Shown in pieces: positions 13,074 to 24,735 of a stretch of DNA of 64,000 bases. A program made the position numbers and the translations under genes. Below the pieces are notes generated by a model, which ran no database searches, was not told the DNA's origin, and saw only the letters and a program-made list of their open reading frames with translations. Source of the DNA: Glycera tridactyla (Eukaryota); NCBI GenBank assembly GCA_965644265.1, contig OZ286462.1, positions 22,072,001-22,136,000 on the forward strand. The letters run 5' to 3'. Numbering within the stretch: position 1 is the first letter of the stretch; each line of letters begins with the position of its first letter.

Positions 13074-13923
13074 CTGAAGGTGGAGAGGAATGAAGACAAT
13101 GAAGACTCGATGAAGAGCCCCTGCTATGCAAGCAGAGATATAAAGAGAAACCTGTCCTCCTTACTCGACCACAAGGCAATATACCAAGCCTTCTTTGAGC
13201 AGCTTATTTCTTTTTTTAGGTTGCTTGAGCAAGAAACACTGACCATGAAATTCTATGGGGTACTATCCCTTACACCCAAAAATATCTCAGCGTGCGTGTG
13301 AAATATTGGCCGTGGACGATTTGTCACTTGTTTTTATACCCGTTTTATTTATGTTTTGAATATTGGGGAAGAGGCTCTTTCTAATTGCTGCCTGTCTAAT
13401 GATGTCAGCTCTGTGTGTTATATTAGCGTGTGTGCACTCCCTGATTGTTTGAGGGCTCATATGCCCCTGAGGTAACGGCGTACGTATGATAAAGCAATAT
13501 TTCTAAGTTACTTTTCTGTGCCCTCCAGTTTCATCACATCACTAGCCTACGCTTCCGCCTTGCATCAAGGTGTGCATTCATGAACCGAACAGACTGCGGT
13601 ATCAGTATCCCACAAGATCCAGTTGACTGGTATGTAGTGCTCCATAACATACATGGCTAAACTCATATGTGCAGTGGTGCTTATCCTGTTCTGGAGCAGG
13701 CCTACAACCGAACGCATCAAGGAATGGGCTTTGCCTCACATCCCGAGGCATGTACTTCCAGTCAGGAATGGTGTGGGGGTTTGGTCGCAAACTTGAAGCC
13801 ATCCACGTTAGTTGGCGCGAAAACTGTTTATATTCTTTGATATTGCAGCATCGCAGTAGATAAGATTGTCGGCTCCCGGTGGTAGGCACTGGGAGTGTCA
13901 CCAGATATGTGATGGTAATAAGC

Positions 13924-14116
13924 ATTGAACGGGTCAGTTCTACGCAAACATTCATGATATGTGAATGGTGAACATTTCAGTGACTAAACATGTCTAGTTG
14001 AGTATAAGATTCGATATGGAAATTGAAGGGGTCAGTTCTACGCAAACATTCATGATATGTAAATGGTGAACATTTCAGAGACTGAACATGTCTAGTTGAG
14101 TATAAGATTCTATATG
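13924..14116. repeat. 98-bp tandem duplication (2 copies)
   Basis: gggtcagttctacgcaaacattcatgatatg...gagtataagattc occurs twice, 98 bp apart. Confidence 0.9.
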
Positions 14117-15354
14117 TAGACACGATGATACCCTGAACACAAACTCTCAATATGTGACGGTTACTCATTATGATTGTATTGATCACAGTCAGAAGCATAT
14201 CTCTTTTGCAAAGTGAAGTGGGCCGATAGTCAGTCAGATGAAACTGCTATAGACTGGCTGTATTTGCAAATCTGAATAACCGAATGCATCTTCGAATCAA
14301 ATGTGTTCATGGATGTTGAGTGAAAATGTGCAATGGGTTGTCATTCACGGGGCCGATAAGGCCATCAAAATTCATTTCGATTCTCACTATGTTACGGATT
14401 TCTACAGGGAAAGTTGCAACCATGGTGAGAATAAATTTGCACCAGGTTGTAAAATATTTACCATTGGGGAGCAAACATTCTGACCTCTACCACGTTGCAA
14501 ATGTGTATCACAGTGGGGGTTGATATTTTCATGATGACTTATGGTTGACCATAGTAATCAATTATAGACAACATTTTTATGGGCTGGTCACAGGGCGAGA
14601 GAAACGGAAGACGGATATACCGAGCGTATCCCGGGAAAAAGGCGATGATCGGGACACTATTCAACGAACTGGTATATCATCACCAAAACAACATTCTGGG
14701 TATTCTCCTACCGGCTTCGATTGCGCGAAATTGAAAAATACAAAGATAAACAGGACAAAATGAGGAGTCCACCTGGTGTATCCCGAGGTCGGGGAGGTCC
14801 AGTCCTCTAAATCAATTTTCTATTGTTTTATTGCTCGCACGTAGGCCTTTTGGTCTGGGGAACGCCGAATTTGAGGGAGAAAGGGTACCGATAGATCTGG
14901 TATATCAGCGCCAGAACAACATTCTGGCAGATTAGGTCGAGGTCGAGTCTCTGCCGACATTTAATCAATAAACAGCTCACACACGGGGCAAAGTGCCAAA
15001 GTAAAAACTTGGCAACTGACATCATCCAGCGCACGGGAGCGTCTACCTCAAGACTCCATACGTGTCATGATTTAATGAGACTAAGCAGTAGAAGTCCCCA
15101 GCTACTTGAGTGTCTGTGAATTTCTTAAATTCCCCCTTCCGCTAAGAGCACAAGGGGGAGTCACAAATGATTCCTCTCACATCCATCAATTGTCGCCTCA
15201 AAATAGCCAGTGGTGCCCGTCGAATGTTGAACAAACAAGTGACCAATCAATCAACTTCCGGATCTTCCCTTTTTGTAACTAATATATGCCGTGGATGAGT
15301 AATACAGATTGGAATGAACTCCGCTAGCTATTGCTTTCTCTTTTTCTCATACCA

Positions 15355-15740
15355 ATTCACATCTGTCAGGGGGAATAATAGAGAGCGACATAAGTTCCTC
15401 TTGCTCTGTCTCTTTTTTCAAGCAACGACATCCGTCGTGGTTCAGCATACTCCCCTCTCAATAAACATTCTATAACTATTACATCTGTCATGATTGGATG
15501 ATGCAGAAATTCCCTGTTTAGCTTCCTTATTTTCATCAATTGACATCTGTCGTGATTAAAGAAATACGGAGTAACAGAAGTCTCCCATATTTCCTGTCTA
15601 ATAACAATTGACATCTGCCGTCATTGAGTGATGCAGAGTAGCAAATCTTTGTTCATCTCAAAAGATTGACATCTGTCAGAGCAGCAAAATCCCTATTGAT
15701 CTTTCTATAGCTATTGACATTTCTATAGATATTGACAAAT
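15355..15740. repeat. Degenerate ~60-bp minisatellite with conserved TGACATCTGTC core
   Basis: Core or variant at about 15357, 15426, 15479, 15541, 15609, 15667 and 15715; partial flank similarity (gatgcaga, tccct). Confidence 0.7.
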
Positions 15741-16006
15741 GATTATTATTGGTAGAGGCTAGAGACTTCCCGGAAATAATGCTTGATCAATGTATGTCCT
15801 GTACGCTCTTTTAAATGACAAAAATCGAATCACAGACAGGACCATTTCGTCAAATCCATCAATGAATTGGTGAAGCCGCTCATTCCCTCACATTGAGTCA
15901 TGGTTCTTTGTCAAGCATGACCTGATTTGTGATTTCAGTGAGAATGAAGAAGTCGATGGCGTGAAGGAATTTTGAAGAATCGATCACTAGGCTTTTGATG
16001 GCATAC

Positions 16007-16080
16007 GTACAACATAGTGGGATTGGTCTGGTCCAGAATGGTACTAAGAAGGAATCGTATCGAAAAACAGAATGAAGGGT
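16007..16080 (-). CDS. Exon of unknown minus-strand gene (74 nt, phase 1 to 0): (D)PSFCFSIRFLLSTILDQTNPTMLY
   Basis: Acceptor cctatattttgcag and donor TAC/gtatgc; exactly bridges the phases of the 18279 and 13073 exons. Confidence 0.5.
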
Positions 16081-17765
16081 CTGCAAAATATAGGTGATGT
16101 ATTATTCGGTCGAATTCTTTCCTATGCTGAAGTTCACATTTTGTACCTCGAAAATTCATACATTATTCTCCCAAAGTGCATTCAATGCTAATCAAAGCAG
16201 TTGCAGTTATATGGACAATCTTGATAGAATTTTGAACATCGTCGTATATCGCAGTGATCGAATTCTTAGCCAGAACGTTGGCCAACTGCCAGCAAGTCCA
16301 ATCGCCTGAGTGGTCTCGAAACTACAGAAAACAATATCAACCATCGAGTCACGAGTATCAGCCGTCTAGTGATTGGAGGTGACTCGCATTGTATTGCTCA
16401 CTGTGATTGCGCACCTCCATTGTGAGGGGAGGGGGGGGGGGGGGGTAGAGATTGGTCGACCCCCACCACACACACACACACGCACACACTAGTTATTTTT
16501 CAAGTGACAACGTATGATGTTATATTCCTCCTTCTGGACCCCCATGGTAAGAACGAATATCGGTAAATCAGTTGCTTGACGTGTAATTCCAGACATCACA
16601 AGTCAAGAACACGTGCAACACATAAGCCAGGAGACCTATTGTATTTTACAGCCAACGTGTGCTGATATATACATATAAAAGAGCTAGTGTTTGGTTGCCA
16701 GGTCGTTCTTTTATGTCTATTGCTCCTAGTTTATATTCGTATCACACGGACGTCATGACATCACCATGTCAAGCTATCATATATCCACCACGCGATCATG
16801 CCCGTCATTGTTTTAGCTGCCCTTGTCTCCTCTAACGTCTATACAACGGTTGCTGTCATTCTTGTTGCTATAGCATTGACCTTCAGAGAATGGTATTCCT
16901 TGTTATTATTACATTTCCCATAGCCGCGAAAAAGTAGGGTAAATGTGTAATTAAGATGTATTGGTTCACATTCTGATTGATATATTCAACAATTCACCTA
17001 ACGTCGCAACACCATTCCCGGAAAGGCAAGGTCATGCTTAAGCTTTTCTTATCAGATTCGGTAAGCGGGATAGGTTTTCTACAATCAGCTTCATCGTTTA
17101 TAAGTACCCATTAACTGTACGCTGAACTTAGACGATGGAATACAGGAGTTCCACTCAGTTACCTCGACACAAATGTGCTACCTCCTTAGTATGATATTGC
17201 ACGTCCAGTCTCCTGAGAGCAATACAATCTCATACCCAAACACACTATAAGGGAATGGCTCAAATCTTTCCATGATCTTCATTCTGATGATACCATCGAG
17301 CGACAGTTGTCGTCTTATTTGAATTTTTCAATGGCACTCGAGGATGTGAATTCCTAAATGCATGCCCTAAGTGCCTTCAAGTACAACAAGGTACAAGTGA
17401 TTGACGGCTGTTCAGTGAATCAAAAATGGTAGCTCCGGTGATGATGGCTGGAAAGCAGAACAACATCAATGGTTTTGTCATACATTTAGGAATTACACGA
17501 TTGGTACATATGCATGAGTGTCGTTCAATAAAGCTGTCATGTCTCATGACACTCCAGCAGCTGAACATAGTTCATGCAGGAAATTCCGAAAAACAGCCCT
17601 GATATTCTCAGATTGTATTCCTGACAGGGGACAATGCTCGAGGGCTCATGGTCACCATCATGGATTGCCTTTGCCCAAGATCTTCCACAGGTACAATGAT
17701 GACTGAGGCTGAGGGCTGAACGTTCCCTAGTCATTTATACTGATCAAAGGCAGGCCATATTCTTA

Positions 17766-17830
17766 AACCCTTTTGAGGGTTTTTTCAACCCTTTTGAGGT
17801 TTTTTGAACCCTTTTGAGGTTTTTTGAGGT
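17766..17830. repeat. 20-bp minisatellite (AACCCTTTTGAGGTTTTTTG) x3
   Basis: Direct inspection. Confidence 0.85.
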
Positions 17831-18278
17831 TCGAACTTTTTCCACCATGAATTGACCGAGTTCATGTGGTCCTAAGAGGAGTGATGAAGCTGAAGGTGAG
17901 GAATTTATCTCTCATCCTACTTCGACATTGACACGTTCTGAACATATTTCAAAACATTGTGTGTGGGTGTGTTTGTGTGTGCATGAAAGCATGGACTCAA
18001 GGCCATATCTGTGTCACACATGGACAAAAGGAAAATCCGTCCTGATACTTGTCATCCATCTGTATTAGATTCATGTAAGAAAAGCTTTCTCAGCATGTGA
18101 ACTTTATCATTTGACACTCTTCATATGAAACCACATTTGTCGAGGAGATAACATTTCACCACTGCCCTCAATCTCGGCCACCCATCACGTCATTCTGATG
18201 ATCTGAGTCCTTGATTAGTTTCCACTTAATGGAAAGGCGGGAGTACATCAGGACAATGGTATTGTCTGTCACACTTAC

Positions 18279-18363
18279 CAGGTTTCCCTGTGAGCGTAGT
18301 ACGGAACGTGTACTGGCCAAGATACATCGATATGTACCTACCCTCCACACGCATATACGCTCC
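18279..18363 (-). CDS. Exon of unknown minus-strand gene (85 nt, phase 0 to 1): GAYMRVEGRYISMYLGQYTFRTTLTGKP
   Basis: Acceptor tcttgccacgcag and consensus donor CTG/gtaagt; open frame joins the 23364 exon. Confidence 0.6.
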
Positions 18364-18799
18364 CTGCGTGGCAAGACTCGGAATAAAGTTTTTTTACAAT
18401 TGGTATCTGTTATGACGTCACGATTGATGCCGCATACTGTCGCTAGGCAGTGATGTCGCCACAGAAGTGTGCCATCATCTAGTGAGATTTTTAGCGACTG
18501 AACACTTGGGAGTGGATTCTAACCCCTAGTGAGGGTTCTGAATTTCTCTGACTGATATACAACATCAGGCACACTGCTGGCTTATTCAGTTGATTCGTGA
18601 TTCGGATGTAGTGTCAATAACATCTCTTACTAGGTATTCACACAGTCACTTCAATACTGGCCTGACTCAGGTTCCCTTGTGGAGGAGAACAGGGCCTCCG
18701 TGTTCCTGTGTGTGTCGTGAAAGGCGACTGAGTGGGAGTACTGTGCATGCCAACTGGAATACCAAAGGCAGTTCATGTGTATCAGCCTGTTTATGTATG

Positions 18800-18930
18800 T
18801 ACGTGGAATAACCACCGCTGAGGACTACCCCGGTAGCGTTGCCTTCTTTCTTCAGCATCATCAGACATTCAGCCTAATATCATCCAAGGAGGTCGAAAGG
18901 ACGCTTAACTCAACCAAACAAACAAATTGG
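18800..18930 (+). mobile_element. Possible SINE 3' tail
   Basis: gtcgaaaggacgcttaactcaaccaaacaaacaaa ends in (CAAA)n, a typical retroposon tail pattern; no Pol III boxes confirmed. Confidence 0.3.
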
Positions 18931-19899
18931 GTGACTCTTGTAATGGGAAGAATAATGTGTGACACAGCGTATTTGTTGTGTGTATACGACCAAATGATTG
19001 AAGCGCTGAGGTATCATGTGTCTATTGTGCGCTGGCCACTATGGTATTCGCATGCACGAGAGCCATCAGGCCGGGTCGGGGGTTAGGGCCATCCCTCCTG
19101 GATTTGTTCGACTTCACACACAGAGAATAACACCAATATGTCAAGCTAAGATATCTCGGGCACGCACAAATCAGATTTATCTTTGTCTTAGCTGCCCCCT
19201 TGTGTTCCTCATTGTCTGGACAAGAGCGTTTGTCATCCTCACTGGCTATACCACCAACACTGGTTTTCACTTCTATCTGTACGAGGATTCGCGAGAGAAA
19301 TTGTTGTGATACCTCATTTGGATTCGAGTGGGAAGGCATAGGTACACCACTAGTCAACGTGGCTAGGTAGGTCCGGACACTCCGCTGTTTATAACAGTGA
19401 GCAGGGCGCCTTCTTGGATGGGTGACCACATGGAAAAGGTTCACCATTCCATACCAGACCTGCACCATTACACAGATCTATAATATATGCGCCCCTCACC
19501 GAAGAGGCACTTTTGTGTGGAGGTAACTGAGTGAAAGCTCTGTACTCCACCACTTCACCTCACCCAGCTGTGAATGGGTACATGTCATATAGGCAGTGTT
19601 GGTGATTTAGAGTCCTTAGCCCATGCAGTTGAATCTGTGGTTGTATACTCCCCGGGAAATGAGAAAGGCTCAAGCTTGAGCAGGTCTTCCAAGGAATGTA
19701 TCTGTAACGTCGGGTGAACTTGCTAAGGATACCAGACTATAAACCACTACATTTACACTCACCCCCTCACCGCGTTTGATGCAAGACAAGTACACAACAT
19801 TAATCAGGATTAAATAAAAGTTGAGACTAGCCACACAAGGCAACCGAAACTGCTTCTACGAAGCCTATTCTATTCTCGTGAGCAATTTGGCCATATTGG

Positions 19900-20660
19900 G
19901 ACTTTCATGCATTCTTCATGAGTTGAATCATTACAGATGTCTTCTCTTGGCTCCCATGTGGAAGAAAGTCGCAGATACAATGGGTGTCATTATTTGACAA
20001 GTTTTCCACATTATCCACTGTCGAGATCATAATATCTTCGGAAGCAGATCAATCCATGTCAAGATGATGTTCCATATTGAGAGCTCCATAGAGATGTTAT
20101 GTGATAAGCATCTTGAGCCAGCTTAAGGAAAATTAGTTCAGCCTCTCAGAAATCAAATCAATGTATCTCAAACTGAATGGCATTGGCCTCGGATATACAT
20201 CAGCATTTATGAAGTTTGGTTAAATTTGGGCATGATTGCGAGCCAATCATGTCAATCTATATTTCTCTATGTCCTTCAGTCTTCGAATACCAATGATGGA
20301 AGTTATGTTGATCCCTGCGTAGTTCTATCACCACGATCTAACGATTGAGTTGCGAGGCGTTTGAAACCGAGCATAACATGGAATTCTAAAACAGCTTATG
20401 TAAATGGGACGAAGCAACTAGCAAGATTACTGCTTGTTGAATTCGAGATTGTACGTATGTGTTTTTCAATACCGTTTTGGTCGTCTTGAGCTGAATAATA
20501 TAGGGTGGAAATGTTGCGAATCCTCCACAAGGTTCATTCCATTCCATCTTAACCACACTGTTATATGCATCAACCACTCTGTAGAATGCGAGCGACGGAA
20601 GTTCTCTAATACATTACGATGATGACTAGAGAAGAAATTTCTTGAACGATGAGAGGTACA
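19900..20660 (-). mobile_element. Decayed LINE reverse transcriptase fragment
   Basis: NFRRSHSTE (GFRxxHSTE motif) and later HDWLAIMPKFNQT (W...LKLNxxKT motif); many stops. Confidence 0.45.
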
Positions 20661-21010
20661 GTTCAAATATCCAACACATGATGATCATGACATGAATGTT
20701 GGCTGAAAAGCTGATGCTTTGTATAGCCATACTTTCATGATCAGCCATATTCCTGGAGTGGTACGACGTCTATCCTAATGCCCTCGCTTCAGTCAGCAAT
20801 CTCTGCATCACTATCAGATAGAGCTAAGACGCAGCCTGTGTTCATGACAAGGATGGCTGCCGAGTCCTATAGGCCTTGCGGGGACTGAGTGTAAGTAATG
20901 TGATTACTGAAACAGTAGAAGACACATTCCCTCATGAAGTAATGTCTATAATTCATTGTTCTGATGAACAATCAATTGTGTACTTGTGACCCACGAATAC
21001 AAAATCGAAA

Positions 21011-21310
21011 CTTGTCATGTCACGTTATGTCACCTTACGTTAGATATAGGTTTGATGTGACATGTCAAGTTATGTTAAGTTGGCTTGAGTTGAGTTGAGT
21101 TAAGTTACTTTGAGTTACGTTGAGTTACGTTAAGTTACGTTGAGTTAGTTAAATCTGTTAAGTTTGGTTTAGCAAAGCGAAGTTATGTTATGTTATGCCA
21201 GTTTGTATTGTGTTGTGTTGTGTTATGTCATGTCATGAGTATAGTTATCTTGTCTTGTTATGATGAATTATGTTACGTTATGTTTTGTCATGCTATGCTA
21301 TGTCATGTGA
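21011..21310. repeat. Degenerate pentanucleotide microsatellite (GTTAT/GTTGA/GTCAT family)
   Basis: 5-bp periodicity throughout. Confidence 0.85.
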
Positions 21311-22299
21311 ATACACTCATAAATGTCGCTCAAGATCGAGGACAGAAGATATGGCAAAAAGGAGTCACTCGGACCGGGAATATGATGCTTTTCATAAAAA
21401 TGTGCGGAATCTGACCCATGAGAGATCAGGCACTTATCGAAACATTACAGGGCATGAGGAAAAACTCTAAGATGATAGTCGTCATGAATAGAGAGACCGG
21501 TGATGACGAATGCCATGTCTCTATGGAGCCTTTTTTCTGTACATTATCCATACATCATTGATGATACCGGGCGAAAGACGAAAAGAATGCTCATTACATA
21601 GTCACCCACCATTCATTATCTGTATACAAAGAAGATCAGTCATCGATAATATCACCTGACCAGGCATATACACAAGTCTATCGAAATGTTTGCTAAACTC
21701 TGGCACCAGTGAGAGAATAACTCAGCATGCAGGCCGCCAACTGCCGATCTCTACACGAATCCATACCCGAGGACACGACACATATTGGAGGCTGAAACGA
21801 CTTCAAATAGGTTTGCATTGCGAATATCGGGCGCTTCGAATCTGGGATGAAGAAGCTTGCACCACTATGAAGCCACCATGAAGTATTTTATAAAGCCTTA
21901 TGAAGCCTTTTATAGGGTCTCCCTGAATCACCAGGATATCATAATGCATTGACACAAGATGGCACTTGTGGACTTCCACACGCTGCTTTGCACAATGATA
22001 TGAAATATCTCTGAATGTGAGATGTGATTTCTAGTGCCTCCCGGCAAGCAACTTGATAAGTTATTCCTTTAATCAAATGTAATACGTGAACTGAGTATAT
22101 ATTCCACCACACACCTCATTCGCCTGAATAACCACTAGTGCAAATCTACCATTCAATTTACTGAGAAATGATCATCATGGCTCATGGATTTCCGACATTA
22201 TGCCTCGAAACTAAACATTCTCTCTGTATAAAAGAGTACACCTACCTTCACACCAACTTCATGTCAACTGCCAGTGTGATATAGTTGTGTCAGATTCAC

Positions 22300-22730
22300 A
22301 TCCTTGTGAGTGCTACTTCTTGCTGAAGGACTGTCGATTCCCATGCTCCTTCTCTTGAACGACACCGCCTTCAAACATGAGTGCGAGTTGTCTGGATGGA
22401 TTCAAGAGTTGTCTGCGATTCAGGAAGGAATGCGTCTTAACTGAAAGCCACTCTCACTGAACACATATCTATAGCTTCCCTCCGTATAGTGTCTATCTTT
22501 GCCAAATTGAAGCTCGGAAGAGACGTAGCATCTTTCTTCCAGAAATCTGAAAACACATGGCATGCGCTATGCATGTTCCGAGACCTACTGCCAAGCCCAA
22601 GCCAACCTACAAGATCGCCTCTGATAGCAAGTACGCTGCGAGATGTTCCAAAATCGATACTACTATTACGTGAGCGAAATATTCGCATCAAGGGTCCTGC
22701 ATTGTGTAATTGCCTGTCACAATAACCAGA
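22300..22730 (+). mobile_element. LINE ORF2 C-terminal remnant
   Basis: KLKLGRDVASFFQK..LLP..TR..RNIRIKGPALCNCL matches the typical ..VAxFxYK..LP..TR..GPxLWNxLP tail of CR1/L2-type ORF2. Confidence 0.5.
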
Positions 22731-23363
22731 AGGGTGAAACCCTGAAGCTCTTCAAGGCAAGGTATTTTCCTTCACAGAGCACAAATAGTGTATGGATCGC
22801 CCATCCAGACAAGGGGTGCGCTCGCTTGATGTTAGTTACCCGCTTGACCACCAAGACCTCCAGCGTCACCTCGTTACATCGAGGAACAACGATAGTTATT
22901 CACATCACCACCAGGAGAAAAAAAAAACTCAAAAAAACGCTAAATATACTCGAGTGGCAGATTGTCCCTGAAGGCCTGACTACACCCTATTATACATCGG
23001 CATGACTTCGATTGATATCATGCCTTGTATAGCTGTACATGTGAACATGTTACCTATTGGATACATTATGTAATCTCTATATACGTTGTATCATAGGATA
23101 GCAACACAATGGCAAATATAGTCGAGTTGCGAATTATCCCTACACACCTGGCTACACCCTACTAAAGTCATTATCATGTCTTCAAATGATATCATGCCTT
23201 GTGTAGCTGCACACAAACAGAAGAATCAACCTACCAGCCAGCCAGTCACCCTTCAAACACTATCTTGCCTGTTGTAGGAATAGGGGGTCTTCGGGTATAA
23301 CTCAGTTGACAAGTGGTCTAGGGTGAACGCACTAGGAGGCAATGATATATGGTGGTCACATAC

Positions 23364-23483
23364 CATGAGGATAAAAGCCACCAGCAATATATTTGCTATG
23401 AATGGTGCCGCATATATCTGGCCAGCAGTAAAATGCCAATAACGAATATCTAGTAGTTGCATATAATCCATTGACCCATCATA
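23364..23483 (-). CDS. Exon of unknown minus-strand gene (120 nt, phase 0 to 0): YDGSMDYMQLLDIRYWHFTAGQIYAAPFIANILLVAFILM, with a hydrophobic, possibly transmembrane, end
   Basis: Acceptor gggtatttctag and donor ATG/gtatgt; only one frame is open. Confidence 0.55.
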
Positions 23484-24044
23484 CTAGAAATACCCAGCTC
23501 CGACAGCGTCTTCCATTGGAAGACATCCCTTGTTTTACCGAGAATTTACTATGACGAGACAGCTACCTCTTCGCGAAGTTCCAAAAACACATACTAGAGA
23601 TTATAAATCGTCGATGGTTCCATGTTTGACTGCAGGTAATATATAATCAAATAGATAGTTTTCAAAAGGTATTGAACAAGCAAAAGATGGTTGCTATAGA
23701 GAAAGCCTCACCCAAGCGTTCCTTTGAACAAATCTAATGAGTGATACCATGATCTATGGCTTTTGCATGTCGAGCATTATGGTAGCATGATGTGTGCAAT
23801 ATACAGCTTGTTAAGAGCATTCAATCTCATGTCATCAGACCCATACCTTGTTCCTCAACATTTCATAACTCACCACCATGCAGAATCCTTCCTGAAACCA
23901 TGAGCAACCGACATAATCTTGATGAATTAATTATATCACACAAAATTGTACACACACTCCCCGTATTCATGTTTGTTCCTATGTCCAGAACAAACAGACG
24001 GTGCGGCATTCACGTGTTTGATCTTATAATTGAGGTGGAAAGAA

Positions 24045-24070
24045 AGAGAGAGAGAGAGAGGGGGGGGGGT
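24045..24070. repeat. (GA)n plus poly-G
   Basis: Direct inspection. Confidence 0.85.
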
Positions 24071-24357
24071 TGGTGGAGATTGGAAACAAGAACAAAGAAG
24101 AAAATGGCAGATACCATCGGGAGATCCATGAGAAGGGTAGGAGTAGTGCGAGCAGGAATATGCTGCAAGCCTGATAATAAAGTGTATAATAACAAAGTTG
24201 GAGAGAATGATGGCGATGACAGTGAGGATGACGGAGATTAGAGGTGATATGGTGACGATGTGCATTAGCAGCCATCATGGCAGGTATGATGCTGACCGAC
24301 ATACTATTCTTGGAAAGCAGAAGTGCTGGCAGTAGTTTGTTTGTATGCGAGCGAGAC

Positions 24358-24580
24358 NNNNNNNNNNNNNNNNNNNNNNNNNNNNNNNNNNNNNNNNNNN
24401 NNNNNNNNNNNNNNNNNNNNNNNNNNNNNNNNNNNNNNNNNNNNNNNNNNNNNNNNNNNNNNNNNNNNNNNNNNNNNNNNNNNNNNNNNNNNNNNNNNNN
24501 NNNNNNNNNNNNNNNNNNNNNNNNNNNNNNNNNNNNNNNNNNNNNNNNNNNNNNNNNNNNNNNNNNNNNNNNNNNNNNNN
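24358..24580. other. Assembly gap
   Basis: N run. Confidence 1.
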
Positions 24581-24735
24581 AATACAGACAGGCTGACAGA
24601 CAGACAGGCAGACAAACAGGCAGACAGGCAGACAGGTAATCAGACAGGCAGACTAGCAGACAGACAGACAGACAGAGGGGTAGGCAGCCAGGTAGTCAGA
24701 CAAGCAGACTGACAGGCAGATATATATATACATAT
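24581..24735. repeat. (CAGA/CAGG)n tetranucleotide microsatellite followed by (TA)n
   Basis: Direct inspection; abuts the gap. Confidence 0.9.

Noticed and set aside
13653-13796. Short plus ORF with a signal-peptide-like start (MAKLICAVVLILFWS...)
   Set aside because: Only 47 aa, with no donor, homology or context; expected by chance.
15355-15740. CRISPR-like appearance (conserved core with variable spacers)
   Set aside because: The core is only about 11 bp, the spacers resemble each other and vary in length, there are no cas genes, and the context is eukaryotic.
17400-17720. Possible Gypsy integrase zinc-finger remnant
   Set aside because: Only loose H..H/C..C spacing across several frameshifts.
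19022-19468. 148-aa minus ORF with a hint of an integrase-like motif in another frame
   Set aside because: The motif evidence is too thin to call.
24277-24712. ORFs containing X runs (also at 27235, 40700, 49649 and 59297)
   Set aside because: They are open only because they cross assembly gaps.
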